64,000 nt of DNA from Candidatus Bathyarchaeota archaeon (GTDB taxonomy: Archaea > Thermoproteota > Bathyarchaeia > Bathyarchaeales > Bathycorpusculaceae). Below, one piece after another: positions 19,650 to 30,440 of this stretch. The stretch spans positions 1 to 64,000 of the forward strand of contig CAVYRJ010000011.1 of assembly GCA_963770935.1 (NCBI GenBank). The letters are read 5' to 3'. How positions within the stretch are numbered: position 1 is the first letter of the stretch; each line of letters starts with the position of its first letter. Under the pieces are notes generated by a model. The model saw only the letters and a list, made by a program, of their open reading frames with translations, did not search any database and was not told the DNA's origin. The translations under genes were made by a program, and so were the position numbers.

Positions 19650-20770
19650 GTGAATCCTACAAGAAATGGATAAAACAAAAACTCGAAAAACTCCAAGCAA
19701 TAGACTGCTACTCCGCTGGAGCCACACCTGAAACGGTAGCGAAGCAACTGGGCGTCACGACAAAACAGATAATTAAGCTGGACTTCAACGAGAACCTATT
19801 CATCCCCCGAGTGAAGCAAGCTAAACTTATGAAAGAGTTAGCTGAGGAAATCGATTTGCGCATGTATCCCGAGGACGAGGAGGTTAAGTTGCGTGAAAAA
19901 CTTACCAGTTATATTAAAGTTCCAAAGGATTTCCTTATTGTCGGAAATGCAAGCGACGAATTAATCGACCGCATAATAAGGCTCTTCATCGAAAAAGGCG
20001 ATTTTGCAGTATCGTTTGAACCAACCTTCTCCATTCCACGGCTATGCGTTAAACGCCAAGCAGGCGAATACATCTCCGTGCCGCTACTAAGCAACCTGAA
20101 ACTTGATGTAAAAGGCATGGTCTCCAAGTTCTCCGACAAAACAAGGCTGCTCTACCTATGCTCTCCTAACAGCCCAACCGCTTCACAGTACAAACCAGAA
20201 GACATCGAAACCTTAGTCAAAGCCTTCCCAGGTATCGTTATCTTAGATGAGGCGTACGGCGAATTCGCTGACTACTCATTTGTGCCGAGGATACGAGAGT
20301 TTGAGAACATGATTATTCTGCGAACGTTCTCCAAAGCCTTCGGTTTAGCTGCTCTTCGGCTTGGTTACGCAGTCGCAAACCCAGAGTTAGCCAAGATTTT
20401 GTCCGAAAAAGCTCCGCTGCCTTATCCTGTTAGCGGTTTCACTCTCAGGATGGGTTCTAAAGTGTTGGACAACGTTGACATAATGATGGAGTCTGTAAGG
20501 CAAGTGAAGAGTGAGCGGTCAAAACTGATAAAGGCACTCAACGAAATAGAAGGCGTACAAGCCTTCGACTCGCAAGCCAACTTTGTGCTGATGAATACGC
20601 AAAAACCCTGCGACATAGTTAACCAGAAGCTGCTTTGGAAAGGGATTATGGTTAAGAAATGGGGAAAAATCCTAAAGTACGAAAACTGCTTCCGCGTCAC
20701 CGTTGGCTTGCCTGAAATGAACGCTAAACTAGTTGAAGCATTAAAAGAGATTGAAGGGGAAGACGAATGA
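19646..20770 (+). CDS. hisC: Histidinol-phosphate aminotransferase
   Basis: LDFNEN, DEAY, RTFSKAFGLAALRLGY. Confidence 0.96.
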   Translation: MSESYKKWIKQKLEKLQAIDCYSAGATPETVAKQLGVTTKQIIKLDFNENLFIPRVKQAKLMKELAEEIDLRMYPEDEEVKLREKLTSYIKVPKDFLIVGNASDELIDRIIRLFIEKGDFAVSFEPTFSIPRLCVKRQAGEYISVPLLSNLKLDVKGMVSKFSDKTRLLYLCSPNSPTASQYKPEDIETLVKAFPGIVILDEAYGEFADYSFVPRIREFENMIILRTFSKAFGLAALRLGYAVANPELAKILSEKAPLPYPVSGFTLRMGSKVLDNVDIMMESVRQVKSERSKLIKALNEIEGVQAFDSQANFVLMNTQKPCDIVNQKLLWKGIMVKKWGKILKYENCFRVTVGLPEMNAKLVEALKEIEGEDE

Positions 20771-21343
20771 GGAAAGAGGAAGTTTACCGTAAAACCAAAG
20801 AAACCGAAGTTAAAGTACAAGTGAATCTTGACGGCGAAGGAAAAGTAAATGTTTGTTCACCTGTGCCATTCCTAAACCACATGCTAACCTCACTTGCAAC
20901 ACACAGCTTAATCGACATAACCGCTTCAGTGAAGGGCGACTTGGTGCACCACTCAGTAGAAGACCTCAGCGATAGGCTTAGGCGAAGCACTAAACAAAGC
21001 CTTAGGCACACGCGAAGGCATCACACGCTTCGGCAGCGCCGCCGCACCAATGGACTGCTCCCTCGCCTTCGCAGCCGTCGACTTAGTCAAGCGCCCCTAC
21101 TTCAAAATCGACCTAAAACTCCGCGGCAAAAAAGTGGAAGAGATGCCTACCGAAGACATCAACCACTTCTTCGAATCCCTCGCAACCGCACTGCAGGCAA
21201 ACGTCCACATCTTTGTTGAGTACGGCAGCAACGACCACCACAAAGCCGAAGCCGCCACCAAAGCACTTGCACTATCCCTTCGCCAAGCCGTAGCCATGGA
21301 TCCCAGACGCAAAGGCGTGCCCAGCTCCAAGGGAGTCATCTAA
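20767..21343 (+). CDS. hisB: Imidazoleglycerol-phosphate dehydratase (one apparent frameshift near 20968)
   Basis: RKTKET, HHSVED, then NDHHKAEA and PSSKG in the shifted frame. Confidence 0.92.
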
Positions 21344-21951
21344 TGCCAGAGGCAGTTATATTCGACTATGGCGTCGGAAACCTTCTCAGCCTAAAAACTG
21401 CGTTGGAAAAAGCAGGCTTAACCGCGTCAATCGGCACCACGGCAAAAGACTTAGCTAAAGCAGACGCCATCGCATTGCCCGGTGTGGGAAGTTTCACCGC
21501 AGCATCAAGCAAACTCGACGCAGTCAAAGAAACCCTCCAAACCAAAATCAAAGAAGGCACCCCGCTTCTTGGCATCTGTTTGGGGTTGCAGCTTTTCTTT
21601 GAGACAAGCCAAGAAGGACCAGGTGACGGATTAGCATTCTTTCAAGGGCAAAAACATGCAGTTGCCCAATACGGTGAAGGTGCCGCATATGGGCTGGAAC
21701 ACACTAAACATCGTCAAGCCAAACGAACTCTTTGACGGCATAGCCGAAGGCACATACGTTTACTTCGTGCACTCACTCTACCCTGTTCCAAAAGACAAAA
21801 GTAATCGTTTGCACAACAACCGAATACGGCACAACCTTCACCTCAGCAGTCGCCAGTAAAAACATCTACGGAACCCAGTTCCACCCTGAAAAATCAGGCG
21901 ACGTCGGACTTAAAAATTCTCAAGAACTTCGTAAAAACAGTGGTTAGGTGA
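21343..21951 (+). CDS. hisH: Imidazole glycerol phosphate synthase glutaminase subunit (apparent frameshifts near 21647, 21800, 21914)
   Basis: [35 protein letters not shown] recovered across frames. Confidence 0.92.
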
Positions 21952-21957
21952 CTTAAT

Positions 21958-22683
21958 ATGCAGTTGATTCCAGCAATCGATTTAATGAACGGCAAAATCG
22001 TCCGTTTAACCCGCGGGGAAGCTAAAACCGCCAAATTCTACGAAAACCAATTTGGCACCCCAGTTGAAGCTGCACAGCGTTGGCGAGATGAGGGCGCTGG
22101 CAAGTTGCACATTATCGATTTGGATGCAGCTTTTGCGCTTGGCAACAACCACGCGGTCATCGCTGAGGTTGCAAAAAATGTTAAGTTACCCATTCAAGTC
22201 GGCGGCGGAATACGCAGCTACGAAACAGCGGAAAAACTCTTCCAAACAGGTATCACTCAAGTCATCCTTGGCGCTTTAGCGTTTAGCGACTCTTCGGCAA
22301 TTGGTAAAATCCAGAAAAAATTTGGCGCAGAATCAGTCATCGTTGCCTTAGATAATAAAGAAGGGTTTATCATGGTTGAAGGATGGAAAACCGCAACCGC
22401 CATGACCGTGCAAGATGCCCTCGAAAAATACACTGAACTCGGAGTTCGCCGTTTTCTGATAACATCTATCGCCCAGGACGGCATGCTGAATGGTCCAGAC
22501 CTGCAAACGCTCAGCCAAGCCACCCTATACCCAAACGCCAAAATCGTGGCTGCAGGCGGAATCGGCAGCATAGGCGACTTGGCAGCCCTCAAAGAAATCG
22601 GGGTAGAAGGCGCCGTCATCGGAAAAGCCCTATATGAAGGACGCTTCACGTTAAAAGAAGCCATACAAAAAATAGGAGCCTAA
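21958..22683 (+). CDS. hisA: ProFAR isomerase
   Basis: [27 protein letters not shown]. Confidence 0.96.
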   Translation: MQLIPAIDLMNGKIVRLTRGEAKTAKFYENQFGTPVEAAQRWRDEGAGKLHIIDLDAAFALGNNHAVIAEVAKNVKLPIQVGGGIRSYETAEKLFQTGITQVILGALAFSDSSAIGKIQKKFGAESVIVALDNKEGFIMVEGWKTATAMTVQDALEKYTELGVRRFLITSIAQDGMLNGPDLQTLSQATLYPNAKIVAAGGIGSIGDLAALKEIGVEGAVIGKALYEGRFTLKEAIQKIGA

Positions 22684-22685
22684 AT

Positions 22686-23489
22686 ATGCCACTAGCAAAA
22701 CGTATCATTCCATGCCTAGATGTTGACCACGGCAAGGTCGTCAAATGCATCAATTTCCTTAACCCCAAGTGCGCAGGCGACCCAGTAGAGATGGCTAAGC
22801 AATACTCTGACCAAGGAGCCGACGAGCTGGTTTTCCTTGACATCACCGCCTCCTCAGAAAAACGCGACATCTTGCGAGGCGTTGTTGAAGGCGTAGCAAA
22901 AGCAATCAGCATCCCCTTCACTGTCGGAGGCGGAATCCGTAATGTGTCGGATGCAAGACTGGTTTTATGCAGCGGCGCCGACAAAGTGTCGGTTAATACT
23001 GCAGCTGTGGAAAACCCCAAAGTCATAACGGAACTCGCCGACGTTTTCGGCAGACAATGTGTAGTGTGCGCCATTGACGCACGAAGAAACCGCAACCCAA
23101 GCGAGGGAAAAATCATGGTTGACACGGCTGAGGGCAAATTGTGGTTTGAAGTTGTAACTTATGGAGGGCGCAAACCGACGGGCATTGACGCTTTAGCGTG
23201 GGCAAAGCAGGCAGAACAGCTTGGTGCAGGCGAGTTTTTGGTGACTTCCATGGATTGTGATGGCACAAAAGACGGCTACGACATCGAATTAACCCGCTCC
23301 ATCTCCGAACGCGTCAACGTGCCAATCATTGCAAGCGGCGGCGCAGGGGAACCCAAACATCTACTTGATGTCCTCACCGAAGGCAAAGCCGATGCGGCTC
23401 TGGCAGCTTCAATCTTCCACTACAAAAATTACCCAGTCCCAATTGTGAAGGATTATCTTCGCAAGGCGGGGGTGACAATCAGACAATGA
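22686..23489 (+). CDS. hisF: Imidazole glycerol phosphate synthase cyclase subunit
   Basis: [33 protein letters not shown]. Confidence 0.97.
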   Translation: MPLAKRIIPCLDVDHGKVVKCINFLNPKCAGDPVEMAKQYSDQGADELVFLDITASSEKRDILRGVVEGVAKAISIPFTVGGGIRNVSDARLVLCSGADKVSVNTAAVENPKVITELADVFGRQCVVCAIDARRNRNPSEGKIMVDTAEGKLWFEVVTYGGRKPTGIDALAWAKQAEQLGAGEFLVTSMDCDGTKDGYDIELTRSISERVNVPIIASGGAGEPKHLLDVLTEGKADAALAASIFHYKNYPVPIVKDYLRKAGVTIRQ

Positions 23490-23833
23490 CCACAAAAGTA
23501 TTGCTAGAAAAGCTTGACTTCAAGAAAGGCAACGGACTCATACCCGTCATAGTACAAGACGCAAAAACCAAGGAAGTGCTAATGCAAGCCTACGCAAACC
23601 GCGAAGCAGTCGAGCACACGCTCAAAACGGGCAAGGGCACATATTGGAGCCGAAGCAGAAACGAGCTCTGGGTTAAAGGCGAAACCTCAGGACACACACA
23701 AAAAATCGTGTCTGTATCAACCGACTGTGACTGTGACTCACTGCTCTACGTAGTTGAACAGACAGGACCCGCATGCCACACAGGCAAATACAGCTGCTTC
23801 CACAACACCCTGCTGCAATCCAAAAAACCATAA
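23486..23833 (+). CDS. hisI: Phosphoribosyl-AMP cyclohydrolase
   Basis: WSRSR, KGETSG, DCDCD, ACHTG..SCF. Confidence 0.96.
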   Translation: MTTKVLLEKLDFKKGNGLIPVIVQDAKTKEVLMQAYANREAVEHTLKTGKGTYWSRSRNELWVKGETSGHTQKIVSVSTDCDCDSLLYVVEQTGPACHTGKYSCFHNTLLQSKKP

Positions 23834-24249
23834 TTTTTCAAATAGCGCAAAATTCTTCTAAATCCTTCACTTAATTCACGCATTGCTCTCATGTCTTCTT
23901 TGGAGAGACGCCCAATTGAACTTCCCACAACTCCACACATAATCTGCTCAGTCTGATAGAAGAAACAAAAGTTGCATTTGCAAATTGGCAGAGCTTGTTT
24001 TGGGTTGTTTTTTTGATTTGGGGTTTGTGGTGTTTGCAGGTTGCGTCTGGAAAAGTCTTAATACGTCGCAAAAAGGCTATAAAAGGCGGATCTTCCGATT
24101 GATTTTGTTCTTCTTGAAATCTGGATTTTTTGGAAAATGAGTCTTCCTAAACTTAAGAAGTTAGACACTTTTGCTGCTGAAGGGTTTGTAACAAGCTCTT
24201 GTAATGAATCCTTTTAAACAAAAACTCTCTATTCTCTTTGTGGATTGTT

Positions 24250-25305
24250 ATGTCTTTACATGAAGCAATGCTCTATGAGCGCCAAAGTGAAGGCAAAGTA
24301 AAATGCTGCCTATGCGCAAGACGCTGCCTAATCAACGACGACTCAACCGGGTTTTGCATGGTCCGAAAAAACCAAGGCGGAACCCTCTACACCCTAAACT
24401 ACGGCAAAGCCGTCTCCGCAGGCGTAGACCCCATAGGCAAAAAACCCCTCTCCCACTTTCACCCAGGTGCATTGGTTATGTCGGTTGCGGCAGCCGGCTG
24501 CAATTTCCGTTGCCAATTTTGCGACAACTGGATGATAAGCCAAGACCACGAAATCGCCGGCAACCCATTTCCGCCAGAACAAGTCGTTAAGTCAGCCAAG
24601 AACGCTGGATGCCAAGGAATCAGCTACACCTACACAGAACCCACGATTTTTATGGAGTACGCCTACGACAGCGCCAAACTTGCACGTGAAGCAGGCTTGT
24701 TTAACACGTTTGTTAGCAACGGCTACATGACACCTGAAGCTGTAAAGACCATCGCGCCCTTCTTAGATGCCGCAACAATTGACTTCAAGGGCGGAGGCGA
24801 TCCAGAATTCTACAAATCTGTCATGTCTGTGCCAAGCGTGGAGCCAATCTACGAAACCTTAAAGGAACTCAAACTAGGGGGTGTCCACATCGAAATTACT
24901 AACCTGATTGTCCCAAAGATGGGTGATTCCATGGAGAGAATTCGTGAAATGGCCAAATGGATCAAAAATTACCTTGGACCAGACACGCCTTTTCATTTGC
25001 TACGTTTCCATCCTGAGTATAAGCTGACCACGGTTTCGGCTACGTCGGTTCAAGATATGGAACGTGCGTACATGACCGCGAAAAATCAAGGCTTAAATTA
25101 CGTTTACATGGGCAACGTGCCCGGGCACCCAGCTGAAAACACGTACTGCCCCAACTGCGACTCCGCCGTCATCAAACGCGATGCCTTCGATATCACCAGT
25201 TGGAACCTCACCGCCGACATGAAATGCCCCGTATGCGGACACCAAATACCCATAAAAGGTAAACTACACCAAAACAGCCAACGCTTCCCCTATGCGCTTT
25301 TTTAG
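24250..25305 (+). CDS. amrS: AmmeMemoRadiSam system radical SAM enzyme
   Basis: N-terminal CxLC..C, DPIGKKPL, GCNFRCQFC, YTYTEP, RFHP, YVYMGNV, terminal Zn ribbon. Confidence 0.92.
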   Translation: MSLHEAMLYERQSEGKVKCCLCARRCLINDDSTGFCMVRKNQGGTLYTLNYGKAVSAGVDPIGKKPLSHFHPGALVMSVAAAGCNFRCQFCDNWMISQDHEIAGNPFPPEQVVKSAKNAGCQGISYTYTEPTIFMEYAYDSAKLAREAGLFNTFVSNGYMTPEAVKTIAPFLDAATIDFKGGGDPEFYKSVMSVPSVEPIYETLKELKLGGVHIEITNLIVPKMGDSMERIREMAKWIKNYLGPDTPFHLLRFHPEYKLTTVSATSVQDMERAYMTAKNQGLNYVYMGNVPGHPAENTYCPNCDSAVIKRDAFDITSWNLTADMKCPVCGHQIPIKGKLHQNSQRFPYALF

Positions 25306-25399
25306 CCTCACATCAATGACTGCACTCAGGAGTCGTCTTCTTTGGCTTAAGCCTTTATTAGGATAAACCCAAACTGTGCAGTTATAGCGTGCTCAATCA

Positions 25400-26248
25400 A
25401 TGACCAAGTACCTCGCATTGGCCATATCAACCAATTACTGGAAACCCCACAGCAACTACACAGACAAAATCGTAAGCGCCATTAAGGGCAAGATTGAAGA
25501 CGGCGACTTTGTTGTAGTTTCCGAGAAAGCAATTTCGACAGCTTTGGGAAACATGGTTGACGAAGCCACCGTAAAACCCCGCTTGACTGCTAGGATTTTG
25601 GCTCGGTTTTGGATGCGCCTCATTTGGGGTTATCCTCTTGGGCTGCTCTGTGGTTTTGGACAGCGACTGTTGAAGCGACTTCGGAATTACCCAATAGAGT
25701 CTGGGAGCTGCCACAAACAAGTGGCCCTGCAACACGCCGGTTTCTGGCAGGCACTGATGTTTGGGTCTGAAGGAGGCATCGATGGCTCAAATTTAGCTTA
25801 CTCCTACGTCAGCTTGCCTCTAAGTAATGCACAAGAATTAGTTCAACCTATCCAAGACCGAATCTGGCAGCAACTGGAGAAAAATGTATGTGTTATAATT
25901 GCAGACACCGATAAAACCTACAAGTTTCATAACTTCTTTTTTACTCCGAGACCTAACCCCCTCAAAGGTATCTATTCTCTTGGTTCCATCAGCTACCTAG
26001 TAGGCAGAGTCTTTAAATTCAGAAAAAGCTCAACTCCGCTTAGCGTTGCAGGTTGTGACCTCTCGGCAAGCGAAGCGCTAAAAATCACTAACATAGCTGA
26101 TAAAGCCCGCGGTCCAGGCTCTGGCGCTACTGTTTGGGATATGGCGGCAAGGTTCAAGGTTGATGTTGATAATGTTAGTTGGGAGATGCTTGAGGCAATC
26201 GGGCACAAACCCATAGTGATAGTCAGAAAAAAACGCCAAGAAGGTTAA
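25400..26248 (+). CDS. Coenzyme F420-0:L-glutamate ligase-related protein
   Basis: DGDFVVVSEKAIS, GGIDGSN, IADTD, PIVIVR. Confidence 0.8.
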   Translation: MTKYLALAISTNYWKPHSNYTDKIVSAIKGKIEDGDFVVVSEKAISTALGNMVDEATVKPRLTARILARFWMRLIWGYPLGLLCGFGQRLLKRLRNYPIESGSCHKQVALQHAGFWQALMFGSEGGIDGSNLAYSYVSLPLSNAQELVQPIQDRIWQQLEKNVCVIIADTDKTYKFHNFFFTPRPNPLKGIYSLGSISYLVGRVFKFRKSSTPLSVAGCDLSASEALKITNIADKARGPGSGATVWDMAARFKVDVDNVSWEMLEAIGHKPIVIVRKKRQEG

Positions 26249-26348
26249 TACGACACAAAACAATAACCAACTAACCGAAAAAACTTTCTTTGAGAACAAC
26301 ACATAAAAATGAGCTTGAAAGCACATAGCGGAAAAGATGGGATGAAGT

Positions 26349-27848
26349 ATGAAAGAAACCTTACAGAAGATGGATGCGTTCTTTAATCCAAAATCAGTCG
26401 CAGTAATCGGCGCCACCAAGAAAGTTGACAAAGCCGGCCATGTAATCTTCAAGAACTTTGCCACTAACAAGGAACGCGGCGTCTTCAAAGGTGAACTCTT
26501 CCCTGTTAACCCAGGAGAAGACTCGATTTTAGGTTTCAAATGCTACAAAAGCATATGCAAAATTCCATGCGAAGTTGAATTAATTGTTGTCATTGTTCCA
26601 GCCACTGTTGTACCCTCCATCATGAAAGAAGCCGCGGCTAAAAAAGTAAAAACAGCCATAATCATCAGCTCGGGCTTTAAGGAAGTTGGAAATAAAGAGC
26701 TCGAAGACGAAGTGGTATCTATCGCGGAAAAAGCCGGCATCCGAGTTTTGGGACCCAACTGCCTGGGCGTTTACTACTCGAAAACCGGTATAGATACCCT
26801 ATTTCTGCCGGAAACAAAAGTTCTAACAACAGGTGAAGAGGTGGTCGCCACACCACGTCCTCTACCTGGAAACATCGCCATGATTACGCAGAGTGGAGCC
26901 TTCGGAGTCGCAGCCTTAGACTATTTAACTGGTCGCCAAATGGGGGTTAGCAAATTTGTAAGCTTCGGCAACAAATGCGATGTCACCGAATCGGACATAC
27001 TCCACTATTTGCTCCATGACAAAGAAACAAAAGTCATCCTGGTTTATCTGGAAGATGTTACGGATGGCCGGGAATTCCTAAGAATCGCCAAGGAAGTTAC
27101 TGCTAAAAAACCCATAGTCATCATAAAATCAGGTAGAAGCGCGGCAGGTGCAAGAGCCGCGGCTTCCCATACCGGCGCCATCGCGGGCTCTGATAAAATC
27201 TATGATGCAGCATTTGAGCAGGGGGGCGTAATCAGGGCGCATGATATGGAAGAGTTCTTTGATATCGGCAAAGCATTTGCGATGCAACCGCCCGCTATGG
27301 GCAAAAACATCGGCATCTTAACCGACGCAGGCGGACCCGGAGTGATGACCGTTGACGAATGCGAAGCTTTAGGGTTAACAGTAGACAGGTTCGGCGAGGA
27401 AACGTTGCAGAAATTCCAAGAGCTAAAAGACCAAAATATTATCTTAAAGATTGCAGCAACTTCAAATCCCGTTGACCTCACCGGCTCCGTGATTGATGAC
27501 ATGTTTGTTATGGCTGCCGACCTGATGTTTCAGGATCCGCAGGTGTGCGGCATAATTCTTCTTGGGCTTCATCACATGCCTGGACTCCGAGAGGTATACA
27601 TTGACGGAATAGTGAAAGTCGCTGAAAACTACAGTAAACCAATTGTCATGTGTGACATTGGCGAGACCGAAATGGCCCTATACACCCGTTCACGCTTCGA
27701 CAAACTTGGAGTACCATCTTTCGAATCTCCAGAGGACGCGGCACGTGCTATGAAGGCGCTTGTAACTTACGGTTTGTATCTCAAAAAGTCGGGTTGCGCA
27801 AACGAATACATGAACGCATTCAAAAAAGCAGGCGATACTAAACGTTAA
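26349..27848 (+). CDS. acdA: Acetate/acyl-CoA ligase (ADP-forming) alpha subunit
   Basis: PKSVAVIGA, GPNCLG, QSGAFG, AASHTG (phospho-His), NPVDLTG. Confidence 0.92.
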   Translation: MKETLQKMDAFFNPKSVAVIGATKKVDKAGHVIFKNFATNKERGVFKGELFPVNPGEDSILGFKCYKSICKIPCEVELIVVIVPATVVPSIMKEAAAKKVKTAIIISSGFKEVGNKELEDEVVSIAEKAGIRVLGPNCLGVYYSKTGIDTLFLPETKVLTTGEEVVATPRPLPGNIAMITQSGAFGVAALDYLTGRQMGVSKFVSFGNKCDVTESDILHYLLHDKETKVILVYLEDVTDGREFLRIAKEVTAKKPIVIIKSGRSAAGARAAASHTGAIAGSDKIYDAAFEQGGVIRAHDMEEFFDIGKAFAMQPPAMGKNIGILTDAGGPGVMTVDECEALGLTVDRFGEETLQKFQELKDQNIILKIAATSNPVDLTGSVIDDMFVMAADLMFQDPQVCGIILLGLHHMPGLREVYIDGIVKVAENYSKPIVMCDIGETEMALYTRSRFDKLGVPSFESPEDAARAMKALVTYGLYLKKSGCANEYMNAFKKAGDTKR

Positions 27849-28224
27849 TGGAAACAGTCACTAAGTTGCCATCTATCAACTTGAAGCGACCTCGCAGATA
27901 AACGGGTGAAATAACCTCTAAAACATCTTTTGGGTAATTGGGCATAATTGGAATAACAACCGCGCATTCTAACCCTTCTATAGTTGCCCTGAAGAGTAAT
28001 CCAGAATAGTAACCTGTTTGCGGCTCAACCGTCAAGCTCCCTTTGGTTTCTAGCAGTTCTCGCTTCTCAACTTCTTTATCAAGCAAACGCAGGTTTAAAG
28101 TTCCCAAATACGTAGAAAAACCCAGCTTTTCCTCTACCTGCCGCTTAAACCAAGTCAGCTCAACGAATTTTTTGCCCCTGCCCTTGCCAGAAAAAACCGT
28201 TCCTTCAATTGTAATTATTGGCAA
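27838..28224 (-). CDS. ribK: CTP-dependent riboflavin kinase domain protein (DUF120, no HTH)
   Basis: GTVFSGKGRG, GTLNL, LEVISPVYLR. Confidence 0.85.
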   Translation of the reverse strand: MPIITIEGTVFSGKGRGKKFVELTWFKRQVEEKLGFSTYLGTLNLRLLDKEVEKRELLETKGSLTVEPQTGYYSGLLFRATIEGLECAVVIPIMPNYPKDVLEVISPVYLRGRFKLIDGNLVTVSINV

Positions 28225-28233
28225 GCTTTGCCT

Positions 28234-28596
28234 TTACTCTTTTTGTTCTTTTAACCAGTTAGCAACTGACTTCAGAATTGGGTCAGATGTTATTTCGACG
28301 ACGGGCACAATCATCTTTTCTTTAGTCTCAATAATCTGCTGGTATTTGGGCATCAGTGCGAAACCGACAAAGGTCCAGTAGACCTTGTGTTTTTCAAGCA
28401 ACTCTTTAGCAACTATAGCTGTTGAAGCAGTAAGCGGAAAATAAAGAAAAACCACACCGTCAACCCAATACAATCCGGCTAGCTTACCCCCAGCAATCAC
28501 CGAAGTGAACCGGGCAATTTCCTCGGGACCATTAAAACGGGTTTTCTCCAAAATCACAATTTCTTGAAATGGCTCATAAGTAACAGTAACACCCAT
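28234..28596 (-). CDS. Conserved archaeal hypothetical protein
   Basis: Clean ATG ORF with RBS; LYWVDGVVF motif; co-oriented with ribK. Confidence 0.75.
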   Translation of the reverse strand: MGVTVTYEPFQEIVILEKTRFNGPEEIARFTSVIAGGKLAGLYWVDGVVFLYFPLTASTAIVAKELLEKHKVYWTFVGFALMPKYQQIIETKEKMIVPVVEITSDPILKSVANWLKEQKE

Positions 28597-28850
28597 AACA
28601 TTTCACCGGTAGCTAAGTAATTGTGTCGGCAGTTCCCTTTTAATTTTGCCTATTTTTCTTAGAGGTTCTTTTAGGATTGGCATAAAAATCGGCTCATCAG
28701 CATGTTGAAAATCAGTAATTATTATCAAAGGCTGTGCAGGCAGAAGAGAACGTTGTCTTCAACGGTAACGTCGCCGTTTCTTTAGAAAAAGTTATAGCGT
28801 ACGTGGACATTAAGCCATAACTAAATCACCTAATTGGATGGCTATCTGTC

Positions 28851-29936
28851 TTGCCCGAAATTCGCGTTGCACTTGTCGGCGTTGGTAACAGCGCATCAGC
28901 CCTCATACAAGGAACCCAATACTACAAAGATGCAAAAGAAAACACCACGGTTCCGGGGCTTATGCATGTGAACTACGGCGGATACCACATCCGCGACATC
29001 CGCTTTGTCGCCGCTTTTGAAGTTAACAAAGACAAAATAGGCAAAGACCTCTCCGAAGCTATTTGGGTTAAGCCAAACTGCTGCGAAAAATTCGCTGATG
29101 TCCCAAACCTCGGCGTAAAGGTCTCTCCTGCACCCATTCTCGATGGCGTTGCTCCCCACATGCGAGAAACATTCAACATCTATGACGACAGCAAAACCTC
29201 CAAAGACAGCGTCGTCAAAATCCTCAAAGAAACCAAAACACAAATCCTTGTTAACTACTTGCCAGTCGGGAGTCACGACGCAGTAAGATACTATGCTCAA
29301 TGCGCAATCGACGCAGGATGCGCGTTTGTGAACTGTATGCCCGAATTCATCGGCTCTGACTCCACGAAAGAGTGGCCTGCAAAGTTTGAGAAAGCAGGCT
29401 TACCGGTGCTTGGCGACGACATTAAAAGTCAAGTCGGCGCAACAATTCTCCACAGGCAACTCGTGAGGCTTTGCCTTGATCGAGGAGTCATCGTGGATGA
29501 AACTTACCAGCTTAATCTTGGCGGAGACACAGATTTCCAGAACATGACCGTCGAGGGTCGCTTGAAATCTAAACGTATAAGCAAAACCGAAGCGGTCACC
29601 AGCCTTGTACCGTACGCATTGCCTACGCGCATCGGACCCAGTGACTACGTGCCTTTTCTTAAGAACAAGAAAATCTGCTACATCTCACTTAAGGGCCGAA
29701 AATTCGGAGACCGCCCCATCAACATCAGCGTAAAACTCGAAGTAGAAGACTCACCCAACAGCGCTGGAGTCGTCATCGACCTCATACGCGCAGCAAAAAT
29801 AGCCCTTGATCGCAAAATCGCAGGCGCCCTGCTTAGCATGCCCTCGTACGCATTTAAGCATCCACCAATCCAGATACCAGACTCACAAGCCAGACAGTGG
29901 ACGGAAGAGTGGATAGCGGGTAAACGAGAACGCTAA
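28851..29936 (+). CDS. ino1: myo-inositol-1-phosphate synthase
   Basis: GVGNSAS, NYLPVGS, GDDIKSQ, DSPNSAG. Confidence 0.96.
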   Translation: MPEIRVALVGVGNSASALIQGTQYYKDAKENTTVPGLMHVNYGGYHIRDIRFVAAFEVNKDKIGKDLSEAIWVKPNCCEKFADVPNLGVKVSPAPILDGVAPHMRETFNIYDDSKTSKDSVVKILKETKTQILVNYLPVGSHDAVRYYAQCAIDAGCAFVNCMPEFIGSDSTKEWPAKFEKAGLPVLGDDIKSQVGATILHRQLVRLCLDRGVIVDETYQLNLGGDTDFQNMTVEGRLKSKRISKTEAVTSLVPYALPTRIGPSDYVPFLKNKKICYISLKGRKFGDRPINISVKLEVEDSPNSAGVVIDLIRAAKIALDRKIAGALLSMPSYAFKHPPIQIPDSQARQWTEEWIAGKRER

Positions 29937-30015
29937 ACCCCTTTTATTTCTTGTGAAACCTTTTAAAGTGGAAAGATTAGAGTGATATTATCTACTGTTT
30001 AGAAGGTTCATGTGC

Positions 30016-30426
30016 ATGGTAAAAGTTGAAGCATACGAAGTGCCTGAAGGCCTTTATTTCTCTAAAGATTTTGGATGGGTAAAAATTGAAGGTGACAATG
30101 TCCGCATGGGCATCACTGACTACGCTCAGAAGTCGCTGCGGGAAATCGTATACGCAGAGTTACCCAGCGTTGGAACTGAGGTAAAGCAGGGCGAACCTTT
30201 CGGAACGTTGGAATCCGTGAAGGCGGTTTCCGACCTTGTTGCAGCCGTAAGTGGAACGATCCAGGAAGTCAACGACGAAGTTCAATCTAAACCTGAAACC
30301 CTAAACGAAGATCCATACGGAAAAGGCTGGCTATTAGTTATCAAGCCCTCAAACCTGCAAGCGGAACTTGCTAATATTATGGATTTTGACAAAGCCGTAG
30401 AGTGGCATAAAGCTCAATCCAAATAA
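30016..30426 (+). CDS. gcvH: Glycine cleavage H-protein (lipoyl carrier)
   Basis: GITDYAQ, LESVKA (lipoyl-Lys), NEDPYGKGWL. Confidence 0.93.
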   Translation: MVKVEAYEVPEGLYFSKDFGWVKIEGDNVRMGITDYAQKSLREIVYAELPSVGTEVKQGEPFGTLESVKAVSDLVAAVSGTIQEVNDEVQSKPETLNEDPYGKGWLLVIKPSNLQAELANIMDFDKAVEWHKAQSK

Positions 30427-30440
30427 GCAGGCGAAGTTGG

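Noticed and set aside
21640-21920. Programmed ribosomal frameshifting in hisH/hisB
   Set aside because: Multiple indels per gene, no consistent slippery site or stimulatory structure, and the same pattern window-wide point to sequencing error
23840-24237. Short ORFs (23746-23940, 23889-24071) after hisI as a possible hisE
   Set aside because: No HisE motif (EExxE) in the ORF translations; they look non-coding
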